A stretch of 64,000 nt of DNA, taken from NCBI GenBank assembly GCA_023515725.1, contig JALDTO010000214.1:165743-229742 (forward strand), in the 5' to 3' direction. Origin of the DNA: Amoeboaphelidium protococcarum X5. Its lineage: Eukaryota; Fungi; Aphelidiomycota. This document shows, in pieces, positions 26,657 through 39,612 of this stretch (position 1 is its first letter; each line of letters starts with the position of its first letter). Below the pieces are notes generated by a model. It ran no database searches, was not told the DNA's origin, and saw nothing but the letters and a program-made list of their open reading frames with translations. Both the position numbers and the translations under genes were made by a program.

Positions 26657-28792
26657 ATGCCACCTTCAATTAGTGGATTAATGTCCAAAAAGCAGGCGTC
26701 CGCCGTGAAAACTGATGGTAAATAAAGTTCTATCAAAGAGACAATTACTGCTCAGGAGAACGTTCAGTAGTCGTCAGCTTCTGCAGCAACTGGAAACAAG
26801 ATCAACAAGTCCTTACCAGCCAAGTTGTCTATGGATATAGAGTTTACTAAAGAGCAGTTAAAGGAGATATTTAATCAGTTTGATGATAATGCATCTGGCA
26901 GACTGTCGCTGGCAGAGATTGATAAATCACTCAGCATCTACTACCCAGACAGTGTTGGACGTTAGAAGAAGGCCATGATGGAGGCTTACAAAGCTGCCGA
27001 TGTGAGTGGAGATGGATTTATTGGGCGTAAAGAGTTTGGGATGCTGCTGTACTCTCTGGCCTATTTTGATGAGTTGTAACAAGTTTTCAACGCTGGTGAT
27101 ATCAATAAAGAGGGTCGAGTGAGCATCGATTCATTCAAGCAACACATTGTACCTCTATTGGTCAAAAATGGCGTCGCTCAAAGCATATAAAAGTCTTCGG
27201 GTATCGATTTGAAAGATTCTGCTTAAATGGAGTAATTCTTTAGAGCATTAGATGGAGATTCTTCGGGATATTTGAGATTTGGTGAATTCTGCATTGAGAT
27301 TGCCAAACTTAAGATTGATTCTTTGTTCACTGAGAGTAAAATGTCGTTGAAAGATTTTGCAGTGCTTGTTAATGACCAAGTTGATTTGTTATAGACTGCC
27401 AGTAGTAAGAAGGAGGATGTATCTACGAGTGCCAAGCTATCTCAAGCGAGTGCCGTGTAACCAGATGTTGTTGACACTGATGATGAAGTCACTGCGAAAG
27501 TTGATGGTTTGCAAATCGATGCCGACTAATAGGCTAGTGATGAAGAGCACGCAATCTAGGACCAGTATTAATAGGAAACTCTGGATAGATTACCAAAGTA
27601 GCTGAGTATTGGTATGAAGTTGACACCTGAAGCGTTGAGGGAGACGTTCAATCGATTCGATAACAATGGATCAGGTTAGCTATCTCTGGCTGAGATTGAT
27701 AAGGCAATGGTGGAATTGTTTCCAAATTCTTATGGGAAGCATAAGAAGGCTGTGATGCGCGCCTATAAGTCTGCTGATGCTAGTGGCAACGGATATGTGG
27801 AGATTGAAGAATTCTCTATGCTGTTGTATTTTCTTGCCTACTACAGCGACTTGTATGAGGTTTATATTCAAGGTGATCCTTAGAAATCTGGCCGCATTGA
27901 TTTTGAGAGCTTCAAGTCAAAGATTGTTCCAGTGCTGAAGAAGAATGGTGTTAATACTGAGCTCAAAATCAATCTATCAGATGCCAAAGCTGTCAAGTCA
28001 CTTTTTGACAAGTTTGATGTTGACCAGGGTGGATACGTGAGATTTGAAGAGTTTGCCGAGTAGATGGCTAGATTGAATGTTGACAAGTTGTTTGTAAAGA
28101 AAACGACGAAGAAGTCTTAAGAGTCCAATAGTAAGTAGTAATAAGAGAAGAAGGCATCAAATGTTAGTTAAAACGGACCTATATCTGCTAAACGCTCAAG
28201 TCCATAAAAAGCGATTCCGAATTAGAAGAGTTAGACCACTCCGAAGTCTTCTTCAACTAGTAGTAAGACTGCTGTGACTTCGAACGAGCACTCTGCAAGT
28301 GCCCCTAATGATAGAAAGTATAAGCAATTGTAGATTGAAAACTAGAGACTGTTATTGCAGGTTTAGATTCAGTCTGAGCAGATTGCCAAATTCGGTGGTA
28401 AAGTCGACTCCCTAAAGGCTGATAAAGCTCTGGCTTAGTTTGACAGTTTAACGAGTTAGATTGCGCAGCTGCAAGACAAGCTGGATGTAGAAGGAACCAG
28501 ATATCGCGACATTCATAAACAATTGATGGATGCAAAGAGCATCATCTCCAAGTTGTAGGTGCAGACACAGAAGGATGCTAATAGTCTGGTGAAGAGCTCC
28601 GCTGTACCAGCAGCTGCTGCCGTATCTACTCAAAAGGAACTCAAGATGGCCAAGGATGAAGCGGCAAGATTTGAAAAAATGTACATGGATACGTGTCGTA
28701 AAATGGAAGAGACTGAGTTGAAATGTAGAAAGCTGAGTGAAGAGAATGCGTTGTTGAAGAGAGAGAAGATGGGTGGTAAATTTAAAGCGTGA
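26657..28792 (+). CDS. Multi-EF-hand protein with two calflagin/FCaBP-like modules and a C-terminal coiled coil
   Basis: Module 1: FNQFDDNASGRLSLAEIDK...AADVSGDGFIGRKEF. Module 2: FNRFDNNGSGQLSLAEIDK...SADASGNGYVEIEEF. 711 aa. Confidence 0.85.
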
Positions 28793-29029
28793 TTCTGTCT
28801 CTGAAGATTCTACTCACGTTGTCTATTATATGAGCTTGATTAAATATGATGATGGATTAAGGTTAAGGGTAATTACTCTTTTAAAATGAATATGTCGATC
28901 TGATATCTTAATAGTTTTCGGAATTCTTTATGTTGAGCTGTTTTGTAACTGGAGCTTTTAGAAACTTTCTCTACGCGTTCGTTAGTGACTTTAGACGACT
29001 TGTTGATCTGCTATAACCGACTTAAGACA

Positions 29030-30294
29030 ATGATCTCCATGTAAACGTTATAGCTGTATTGGGCAGAGATTGTATTTGCATGTGCTATTGTTGCGTATAT
29101 TATTAAGTAAGAGTGTTTACTGTTTATACCATTAGAAGTCAACTTTATCAAAACGTATGAGTAACATTGTGTAGCATCAGCATAGGCAGAAGAAACAATA
29201 CTGAAGCTGCACTGGCCGTTGAAGAGGGAATCGTGAATGCAATCGATGGCGAGTTATAGATTGTGGGCGTGGAAGGTGACAATGGCGCAAATCAGGCATA
29301 GAATGCTCAATTGTGGAACAGTGTGAATGGGTCTAAATTGCAGTCGCTATTAGTTCCCACTGCAAATCATACTCATGGCAGCGTGGAATCAATGTTGGTA
29401 GAGTTGAAGTTACACGCGCGATAAGATCTCCTTCTGGGTTACGTGATGGACTAGCTGCTATCTTCGCGTGGTCCTCCTGCTGACCAACTGTCGTTTAGTA
29501 TACGTGTCAGAGATGGCAGCGGTATGGCGAATATGATCTTACTTTTAATTAATTCCAGCATCAGTGTGAACAGTGTCAAGAATGTGAAAGAGAAGCGTCA
29601 TGATATTGCCACATTCGCCAAAGCTGTGCCTTAATCCAAATTGTAACATTTGGGTATTACACTGAGTTCTAAAGTGCAAGTTTTGGCAGATCTTGTTGGT
29701 GCAGAGGCTTTGCGCTTCCTATTTGCTCATGGTTCTCTACTCGCTTCATTGTTTAATACCGATTCCAGGCTTTTATTGTCAGAGATGATAGTTAGTGATT
29801 ATGCAGTTAATGCTCCGTCTGGGATTCCATTGAAAGAGTATAATAAGACGATGGATCTGACTTTCAGTCTAAGATGCAGCATGACGTATGATGATAGATT
29901 ACAATGCACTATTGACGCGTACAAGTGTGTCAAGTGGATTCTACATTGCCTGTCTCATGAGTGCACTTGGCCTAATCTTGCACTTAAATCTGGTCAGGAT
30001 TTGAAGACCAAATGGACAAAGCAGAGACAGGAAGTTATCGATTTGTAGACCAAAAAGCAATAAAAGCTTGCATTTGAGGTAATTTAATCATGAATATTGA
30101 CTTTAATGTCATGCTATTATAAAGCGATATAATATTTGTAGTCTGCTAAAGAGGAAAAGTTGAGAAAGTAGAAGGAGCGTGAGGAGAAGCTCTAGGATCT
30201 ACCTAGAGATGTGCGTAAGAAGATTGAAGCTAAAGAGGCGAAGAAGTAGATTAAGAAGAATAGCCCATTCTCCAAAGCAAAGAAGATTAAATGA
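29030..30294 (+). CDS. CCDC47/DUF1682 (PAT complex) ER membrane protein (2 introns)
   Basis: TM followed by IGRRNNTEAA, LKLHARQDLL, and a Lys/Glu-rich C-terminal coil. Introns 29107-29174 and 30079-30141. Confidence 0.72.
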
Positions 30295-30469
30295 GAATAG
30301 TAATTGAATTTTAATGACTTTTAACCTTTAGGTATCATTAGTTTTACCTTTTAAAGAGTACGTGACACTTTCAGTCGATCGTCTAGGCGCGTCCATTTCA
30401 GTTCGTCTCTGCGAATCAGCCTTGAACTAATTGTAGATCGTCGATAATCAATTGAATCTCAATTTAAAA

Positions 30470-31090
30470 ATGTCATAATTACCAGCTGGTTCAAAGAGAA
30501 CTCTTCTTATTGCAGTCGACCATTCTGACCATAGTAAATATGTGTTCAAGTGGGCGATTGACAATCTGGTCCGCAGCGGAGATTATATCATGATTGTTAC
30601 ATGTCAAGAGCAACACGGCAAGTCTAGCGGTGGCAGTAAATCGGTGTACACTGAAGTTGACTTCAACAGCAAGCCAGCAGATGCGGATGAAGAAGCGGTA
30701 AGATGAGCTCTATATTAGTATTCGATTGAGTGCCGTTGTATATTGTATTGTCATGTAGGAGCGTAGCCGTCATGTTGCTCTGCTTGATGCCGTTCGCGCA
30801 GAGTTGAGAGCCAAAACTGACCAATCATCAAAAGCCTTGGTTATTCGCTGTGAGAGTTCAAAGACTGCTTTGGTCTAGCTGTGCACAGATAAGCGCGTAG
30901 ATTTAATGATTATGGGTTCACGTGGTCTAGGTGCTGTCAAGAAGTAAGTTCCTCTTATACTTTGCGTTGTTATATATAACGCCACTCTTCTAATGTTCGT
31001 GTTTGTAGAGCCCTGATTGGAAGTGTGAGTGATTATTGCGTGTAAAATGCACCGTGTCCAGTGCTGATTGTTAGAAAGCCAAAGAACTGA
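30470..31090 (+). CDS. Universal stress protein A-like (2 introns)
   Basis: LLIAVDHSDHSKYVFKWAIDN and IMGSRGLGAVKKALIGSVSDYCVQNAPCPVLIVR. Introns 30698-30758 and 30944-31008. Confidence 0.9.
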
Positions 31091-31137
31091 AGAGTCAATG
31101 GATGGCGATATAATTTTTAATCTGAAGCGTCAATTAA

Positions 31138-31884
31138 TCAGTAGTTTTGTAGCAACTTTTTAATCTTCCTCTCAATCTGCGCTGGGCTATATTGATAGCA
31201 GTTCAACTTCAAATCTTTAGCCATCGCCGTATAATCCTCCCCATACTTATTAACGCACTCTTGTATGAACTGCAACTATCCTTCAGACGCCCACCGCACA
31301 GCTGGTGCCTACTTTTGTGCACCCAACAGAATCGCTTCAGCATAAGAATTATCACGCTTAGTCTCTTATCCTTGGCCACTTGACTCCATCTGCTTGTCAT
31401 CATCATCGTCATGTCCTTCTTCAATTCCAACAATGTTACCGTCTGCATCGCGCACAATCTTTCCTTCGCTGTAAACTCCAGTTTTTTATTGCCTGGCGAT
31501 TTGTGCTCTGATGGCACTCAGCTTCTGCCTATCCACACCATCCAGATCTGATACAATCTCATCCAACTGGCCACTCGTCTCGACATCTCTCGGCGCGTAG
31601 CCGTTCATCAGTTTATCACTATCAATACCACCAGTGATGCCATTGACGCGTACTCGGAGTCCAATTTTATCATAGTTCTATTCCACAGTCATGTGGTTAC
31701 TCCATATTTGTTCTTACTGCTTCTTGTCGCCACTCTCTGATTACAGACACGGATCTTGTAAATTCTACTGAATCATCTACGTTAATTGCACCGGCTGCGG
31801 TCTACGTGCTAGCTTCTTGTTCACTCTACGCGACACTTTCAGCGATGGATTCCTACGCTTTCGTTTTTAACTTGGACGCGTCAT
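31138..31884 (-). CDS. NOP16: Nucleolar ribosome biogenesis protein Nop16
   Basis: MTRPSQKRKRR, WSNHMTVEQNYDKIGL, KYGEDYTAMAKDLKLNCYQYSPAQI. Confidence 0.9.
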
Positions 31885-32057
31885 ATTTATCACTTTAACC
31901 AATTGTAGTACTAAGATAAAGAGATCAAAGTAATAGATCACTTGAAAAATAGTTACGAACGCGAAAATCAGTCAAATATGAACTTTATCAAGATCGATCC
32001 CCTTTCATTCATTACATTGTGTGAAAAACAAGAAAATTATAAAATATCCGATACATT

Positions 32058-34205
32058 ATGGGTTTATCAAGATCAGATTTTGCTACTGAAGAAGATTATA
32101 AGAAGGCGAAGAAGGCTGCCAAGTTGTTAAAGAAGGAGAAGGAGAGTGGTGTTGAATCTAGTGGAGAAAAGTCCAAGAAGAGATCTGCCTCTGAGGCAAT
32201 TGATGTCGCCACCGACAAGATTTAGGAAGTGAAAAAGGTGAAAACCTCTGTGGCTGCTGCAGATAAGGATATTAAGAGTGAGCCAACTGTCATTAAGGTT
32301 GATACTGAGAAGCAGGATGATTCTGAGCTGGATGTGACCAAGTTCAACATCAGTGTCGGCACTAGATAAAAGCTGCTTGACCGTGGTATTAGTAAGCTGT
32401 TTCCTATCCAGGCATCCACTTTTAATCATATCTTTGATGGTAAAGATCTGTTGGGTCGTGCTAGAACTGGATCTGGTAAGACTCTAGCATTTGCTCTTCC
32501 TGTTATTGAACGCCTGAAGCAGGGTGGTAGCGATGGATGCAAGTATCCAAGCGTGTTGGTGATGTGTCCGACTCGTGAATTGGCAAAGCAGGTGGCATTG
32601 GAATTCCAGACTGTCAGTGGCAATTTGAAAGTGCTCACCGTGTATGGTGGTGTGCCTTACTTTGAGTAGGAGCGCGGATTACGCGATGGTATTGATGTCA
32701 TTGTGGGTACTCCTGGTCGTCTGCTGGATCATTTGGAGCGTAGAAATCTCAAATTGTCCAACATCAAATTTGTGATTATGGACGAGGCTGACCAGATGTT
32801 GGACATTGGCTTCAAGGACTCTATGGAGAAGATTCTGGACAGTGTCAAGGAGGCCAAGAGTGGGTAGAATGCTAAATTTCAGGTGCTTCTCTTCAGTGCC
32901 ACTCTGCCTGACTGGGTGTAGAATGTCACCAGGTAGTATTTGGATTAGAAGAACATGATCACCATTGATCTGGTTGGCAATTCTAAGGTGAAAACTAATG
33001 AGGATATCAAGCATCTTGCTATCTAATGCTCATGGTAACAGCGTGCTGCTATCCTCCCTGATGTTATTCGCGTTTATGGCGGTGGATCCAAGGGAAGAAC
33101 TATCATCTTTACCGAGACCAAGAGTGAGGCTAATGAGCTTGCACTTGGAAGCTCTAGTCAGGGACAAGATGACAAGAGGGAAATTGGAGATTTGGATGCT
33201 CAGGTGCTGCATGGCGATATTGCACAGAAGTAGAGAGAAATCACACTGCAAGGATTTAGAGATGGAAAGTTTCGTGTGCTGGTCGCCACTGATGTCGCCG
33301 CCAGAGGTCTTGATATCCCGAGTGTGGAGTTGATCATTCAGACGCAGCCACCAAAGGATGTTGATACTTTTGTGCACAGAAGTGGAAGAACTGGTCGTGC
33401 TGGAGCTAAAGGTATTAACATCTGCTTTTATAAGCCTAATGAAGAGTGGGCCATCAAGAATTGTGAGAAGAAAACTGGTATAAAGTTCAAGCGAATCGGT
33501 GCTCCTCAGGTTGAGGATCTGCTCAAGGCAAGTATCAGTGATGCTATTTAGAGTATTGACTCGGTGAGCAGTGAGGTCCTGCCAATGTTCCTGCCTGTTG
33601 CTGAGCAGCTTATGGATGGCTCGAGTCCCTATGGTACTTTGGATAGTGTCAATGTGGACACGAAAGAGGAGCAGGTTGTTCAGTTGTTGGCAAGAGCTCT
33701 CGCCGTGCTAACCAACACTTTGAATCCTCCGACGCAACGCTCTCTGCTCACTTGTACTGCTGGTATGACAACTCTGTGTATGAAGTTGCCTAATGCCATT
33801 AGAAGTCCTGGATATGTTAGAGCTATTTTGGAGCGTAACTATCCTGACATTGGCCGCGATGAATGGAAAGGATTCAGAATGTTGGCAGATTCCAGTGGAT
33901 GTGTATTTGATATTGACAGTAAAAAGGTGGACAGTATTGTCAAGTAGTGGAAGTTGAATGCATCCCAGTCCAATGCTGAGCTGAGTGTGGTTAGAGAGAT
34001 GCCAGAGTTGTAAGAACGCGACTCGTTTGGAGGTGGTAATGGTGGCTCCTAGTAGCGCTCGTATGGCGGTGGGCAGAGAAACTCTTATGGTGGATCCAAT
34101 AAGGGTGGTAATCCTTACCAGCAACGCTCCAACTATAACAATGGCGGCGGTAATAGAAGCTCCTATGGCTCCAACAGATCATACGGTGGAAGTAAAAAGT
34201 ATTGA
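32058..34205 (+). CDS. DDX21: DEAD-box nucleolar RNA helicase DDX21/DDX50 (GUCT domain)
   Basis: [41 protein letters not shown] followed by a GUCT-like region, Gly/Arg-rich tail. Confidence 0.9.
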
Positions 34206-34304
34206 TCAAGAGTGAAAAAGATATAAAGTTTAAAGCATTATTTTTCATCTATTTTTTTTAAAGTTATATCATATCATCAATTAGAGCCAGATCAAATATC
34301 GGCT

Positions 34305-36455
34305 TCAGTTTTTGTCATTACTGTTAGATGGTGACAGCGGTGATGCACACTCATAAGCGAAAAATGATTCTCTCAATGGTGTGATAGGACTCTACTGAGA
34401 GCCTTGAGGTGAGCCAGTCTTTGCAATAGAAGCAGCAGCAGTAGCCACTTGGAAATTGTCAGCAATGTCCTCCGCAATAGCGTCAGCATCTTGATCATCA
34501 TACACAGAGTCTACAATGACAGAGTTGTACTTGCTTTAAAGCACGGACGAATGCTTCTATTGCTCAACAGGCATCTTCAGGGTAGCCATATCAACTTCTT
34601 GCTGCTCCTCTATACGCTCAACAGATCGCTGAGCCACGACGGATACACTATCGTCTGGCATTACAGTGCTCACGGACGGCTAAGTCTACCAAGACTAGAA
34701 AGACTCTCTTACCTCATCCAGTGCAACATTACCTTGACTGTACACAGAGTCTCTAGTAAACGATTGACTGAGAGGATGCTTCAGGGATTTGCGTGTTTAT
34801 GCAATAGCCACAGGCTTAAACACTGGCGGCGGAGAGGTCGGAACAAGAGATTGTGGCAGTGCACCAGTATTGTAATGGTTCAAGCGAAGTAGACTGTTAG
34901 GCGTCAGAGGAGAGATTGGTGACTTTGCAGATGGTGTCAGTGTCACGCCGTCATGGAATGATCCAAAATCAGAGCTTTGGGATACAGCACTACTAGCAGC
35001 CAATGTCGATGGAGACATGTTGTCCAAGGTCAAAGTCTTACGGTGATCCAAGACCTGTAGATACGAGTCCCATGAGTCACCAACATTCTGATTGTCGACA
35101 GAGAGTGGGCGACTATCAAAATCTGCAGCTGCCGCTGCAAAAGGAGCAGCTTACAAATTGGACACAACACGACCATGTTCAACGTCGTCAGATGGCTCAA
35201 ACATTTACTGTTACTTTTATAAAGACCGTCTCTTATGATGACGAACAAAAAGTCCAATAGCAACAGCGCCAACAATAACACCTGCAATGGAGCCACTTAT
35301 AATAGGTACCAGCTGGCCGCTTCCTTTGGAGCTGTCATTGCCCGAGTTATTATCTCCGTTTGAGCCACCAGGTTTAGCGAAATTGAAGTTCGGATCCTAT
35401 TGTCCAGCTTCCACCTAATCATTGCCATTATTATTATTGATGCTTGTAGAAGGACCAGCCGATGGACTTCTTGAGGCATCTTGAGGAACAAAAGCACCGC
35501 TTTACTAGGAAGGTTATTAGCCGGCAGATTATGACGATGTAGATGGCTATTAAGAGTTTGATCCAGATTATCCAGCAGATGTAGATTAAGCAGTCATTTG
35601 ACCAGATGGAAAAGCGCTGCCTCCAGATGACCCGCCACCTTAGGATGGTGTCCTTAGCGGTGAGGGTGATTGAGGCGAGCCTCCAGCAGAAGGAACTCCA
35701 CTAGGAGCAGAGGATGGCTAAGCTGGTGGCGGCGGCGGAGGAGGAGAAGGTGACTGAGGGGCAGGATTAGGTGGAGAGCCAGGAGCAGGTGAAGGCTGAG
35801 GATTAGCAGGAGGAGGAGGAGGTGATGATGACTACGGTGGATCAACAGATTATCCAATAACAACGCCATTACCAATCGGTGCCGGGGTAGAAGGTACACC
35901 AGCAGGAGGAAAAGCGCTGTTATCAAACGCCTCTCTACTTGTATCATTCTTACTAAGAGTGACATTGGCAGCAACTAGAGTAGCGTTGCCAGCCTAAACA
36001 GCTGGACCAAGTGCTCTGCCAACTTGATTATTCGTTTAATCAGCACCATTGGTAGTGGATTATTAAACAGCAGGCGCTTATTGTCCAGAAGGAGAAGGAG
36101 CCGAAATAGAGCCGTTAGCTGGTAAACTTGCAGCAACAGGCGACGCTTAGGCAGTGGCAGAGACTGTTGAATGAGCCTAAGTATTCGGCGCAGCTGCAGC
36201 TTACTATCCAGCTGGTGCAGATTGTTACGATGAAATTTTTTACTATGGCGCTTACGTGGCAGATTAGGAGCCAGCCTGTTACGAGGACCTATTGAGTCCA
36301 GTGACATCTTGCGCTGTTGACAGAGCTCGCATCAGATTTCCAGATAGATCCTGCGCGTGCACTGCATTATTGTCTAAACTAAATAGAGACACTGCTATGA
36401 GTAGCATTGAGATAATTTTCGAGATTCCATAATGATTTGATTTCAATTGCTTCAT
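34305..36455 (-). CDS. Type I membrane protein with Pro/Ala/Gln/Ser-rich (mucin-like) ectodomain
   Basis: Signal peptide, long low-complexity region, TM GSIAGVIVGAVAIGLFV then RHHKRR, Ser-rich cytoplasmic tail. About 716 aa. Confidence 0.75.
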
Positions 36456-36871
36456 GTTATCGATCAATGCAAATCCAATTAGGTATATCAAATTGATTTG
36501 TTTCAAGGGTGGATAGATTTATTTATGATCGAAAGTTTCCAGATACAGGTGAGATTAATTCCAAAGTCTAATTATAAGAGCAGATAGTGCAGAGAATGAA
36601 ATATAAACAGAGAAATTTAGCAGATATAATGAGGTAGCAAAATCGTGAACAATGAAATGGTGTTGACGTGTCCAATGATATTAGAGATCACAACCAACGT
36701 TCTGATCTGAGGTGACACCAAGTTGTGCGATCACTGCAACGTCACGGCTTTAGCTGTTGAGAGCGATGTAGTCGTACTGATGACCACTTGTGATTAAATC
36801 GATTTAAATGTGCGTTAAGTAAGAGTCACGTGATTTTATAAAAACATTTTCAGTTTCATTATCATATAATA

Positions 36872-39334
36872 TCATTGATCAATCTCTTCTACGGAACTCA
36901 GACCGGGCGCGGAAGGTACCTGGATGGTTTTCCTGTGCATGGCCTTCTTCTCTTTTTCAGTCAGCACGTCCACAGTTTTCATGCGAAAGCGTTAATTTCC
37001 TTTGCTTGTGGGCACTGTCGAGGCGGGCCGTTGTTTCTGATCAGCCACTGGAAGATCTCTACTGCTAGTGTTCTTGGTGCTCTGTCGGAGGTGTGCCGAC
37101 AATTTCGTCAATTGAGTCCAGTCATATTGAGGTAGTTCAGAGTATTACGCCTTCAACTTTTACTTGATTTTCTCAAAGGACATTCTTTCCATCGGATTGC
37201 CACTCCAACATATCATCATGATCTCGTTCAAACTCTTCAATAAATCACTTGATCGAATCTAAGCAAGAGTATCCTAATCAAACTCTGGCCGTTGTCCCTC
37301 TCTGACTGCGCATTCAATCTCATCTGAATGCATTCTGTCCCAGCAAGATTTCTTGGCCATCATCTCCCAGATCACAATAGCGAAAGCGTAAACATCGGCC
37401 ATTTTCTCTTCCTCTGGATTGGTCATGGACATTGCTGACTAATCTTTGCTGGCAGAGGTCACGGTATTTCCCTTTAGGTAGAGTCGTTTGAAAACTTCAG
37501 GTGCTGCATATCTAATTGAGATACCTTGAACATCCGCAAATTTGGCTCCTTTGATATCAGACTCACCAATGATCTTTGCAAGTCCAAAATCACAAATCAC
37601 CGCACGCCAGTAGTTAGGATCGCCAATCTCTCGAGGTGCGTCAATTAGAATATTATTTGGCTTTATATCACGATGAACAATTCCGATTGAGTGCATTTCA
37701 CACAACGCGTCAGACACATGGTACGTCATTCGGAACACTACTTCAGGAGTGAGTGCGTAGTGAAGAGTACTAGTCTTTATGACATCGCTTAATGAACGTG
37801 CATAGTACTTCATGACAATAGATAACGGTTCATCGGTGAATCCAATCAACTTGATTATATTCTCATGGAAATTAAGACTCCACATAATGGCCACTTCAGT
37901 TTTAAAATTCAGCACTAATTCTTCTTGTGTCCACGTTCCAGGATTCTTGACCAATTTCACAACTACGTGCTTAGTTCGATACTTGGTACGGAGACGATCA
38001 TCTAGCAGTTCAGCTTCATAGATCACGCCGCCACCACCTTCGGCTATAACTTTATACGGTCTCACGTCAGCATTATAGTCAATTTTCAAGAATCCAGGAA
38101 GAGCAATGGCTGTCTTTGTATTGATCATTGTACAGTCGGCAGGATTCATCATCATTCTCCCAGTGGCACCAAATTGCTATTGTTATTGAAATCTATCAAC
38201 CTCCTCGCCATAAATTTCATCAAAATCTTGAGATGCTTCAACGCTGTGCAGCTAATCAGCAGACTGTTCAATGCTTTCAGCACTTGCTCCAACCGTCTTA
38301 CTACTTGCATGGAGATTCTTCTTATGCAACTTCTTAGTAGAGCCATGTTCAAGATCACCTTGATTATTGGTTAAAAACATTGACAGTCTCTTCTATCTCC
38401 TATAACAGCCAATAATAAGTATGATTGACAACAGGGCAATTACACCAGAGACACAAATTAAAATAATGACAATCATACTATTTAAGCCATTGCTATTACC
38501 GTTAGAATTTAACTGATCAGAAGATCCAGGTTAGGATGAAGTTGGAGGCTGGGTACTAGAAGGGCCGTCCGAATTAACAGTCGACGATGTAGCAGCAGTA
38601 GTTGGCATCATAGTACCAGATGGTATAGTGGCTGAGATGGGGATACATTTTGGTGGATTATTCCAAATGCCTCCGTACACCTTGGCGTAACTAATGCCAT
38701 TTCCACCTAGTTATCCGACTGAATCCGCAGGTAAAGGAGAACAAGCGAACGTATTCTATACTGGCGCCTGCTGCACTTCACTAATATTCAGACCGATGAC
38801 AGTCTGTGAGGAGGCTGCAGTATTACCACCGCCTTGACACCGCATAATAAGGCTGTTAGTTGAAATGAAGGATCCTGCAGCGATCTACTGATAGCCAGTG
38901 GTAGACGGGATATCATTGCATGACTAGAAAGCATAAGCGTTCGCTGCGGCAATTTCAGAATCTAAAAATGGCTTAGCAATACCAATGCCTTGATATTTGC
39001 AGACCACTTAGTTCACAACTCCAGTTTGCGGATGCACAAGATCAAAGGTGAGGTAAGAGAGTGCATCTCCGGAATTTCCAACGGGTAGATTGGTGACATT
39101 AAGGAAGCGAGGAACTTCAATCACAAGCGATTAACTGTCCAATGATACAGTTCCATTCGGAGAACCAGCATAAGATAAAAATGCGTCAACGTATCTCATA
39201 GTACCAAAGTTAGTTACCACATTCGCCGTCGCTTACAGTTGATAGAACCGGCATGGTCTCACCAGCGTGCAATCTTGAGCCCAAGCCCTTAAGATGTAAC
39301 ACACAGCAACAATAATAAAACTGAATCGCAACAT
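36872..39334 (-). CDS. Receptor-like (TKL) protein kinase with unrecognised Cys-containing ectodomain
   Basis: Signal MLRFSFIIVAVCYILRAWA, TM IVIILICVSGVIALLSIILIIGCY, kinase EGGGG, HRDIKPNN, DFG, YAAPE. 820 aa. Confidence 0.88.
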
Positions 39335-39612
39335 TGTGCTTAATAATAGGCGACTAGAATATAATAACTTCCAATAATATATACTGAATTCAACAGCATT
39401 GATAATAAAATTCAGACGTCCATCTTTCCAGCGGAAACTATTTTTACAAGCGTTTCTATGGAAACAATATCTTAGTAACTTTTGTAGTCCATCCACCTAG
39501 AATAAGTGAATTCATATAGCGGCTAAAAATGAAGGTATTATAAAAGAGCATTATCAATAAGAGCAGTATATTTAAAACAATCACATTAGTACCATGCGCT
39601 TCACATGCCTAT

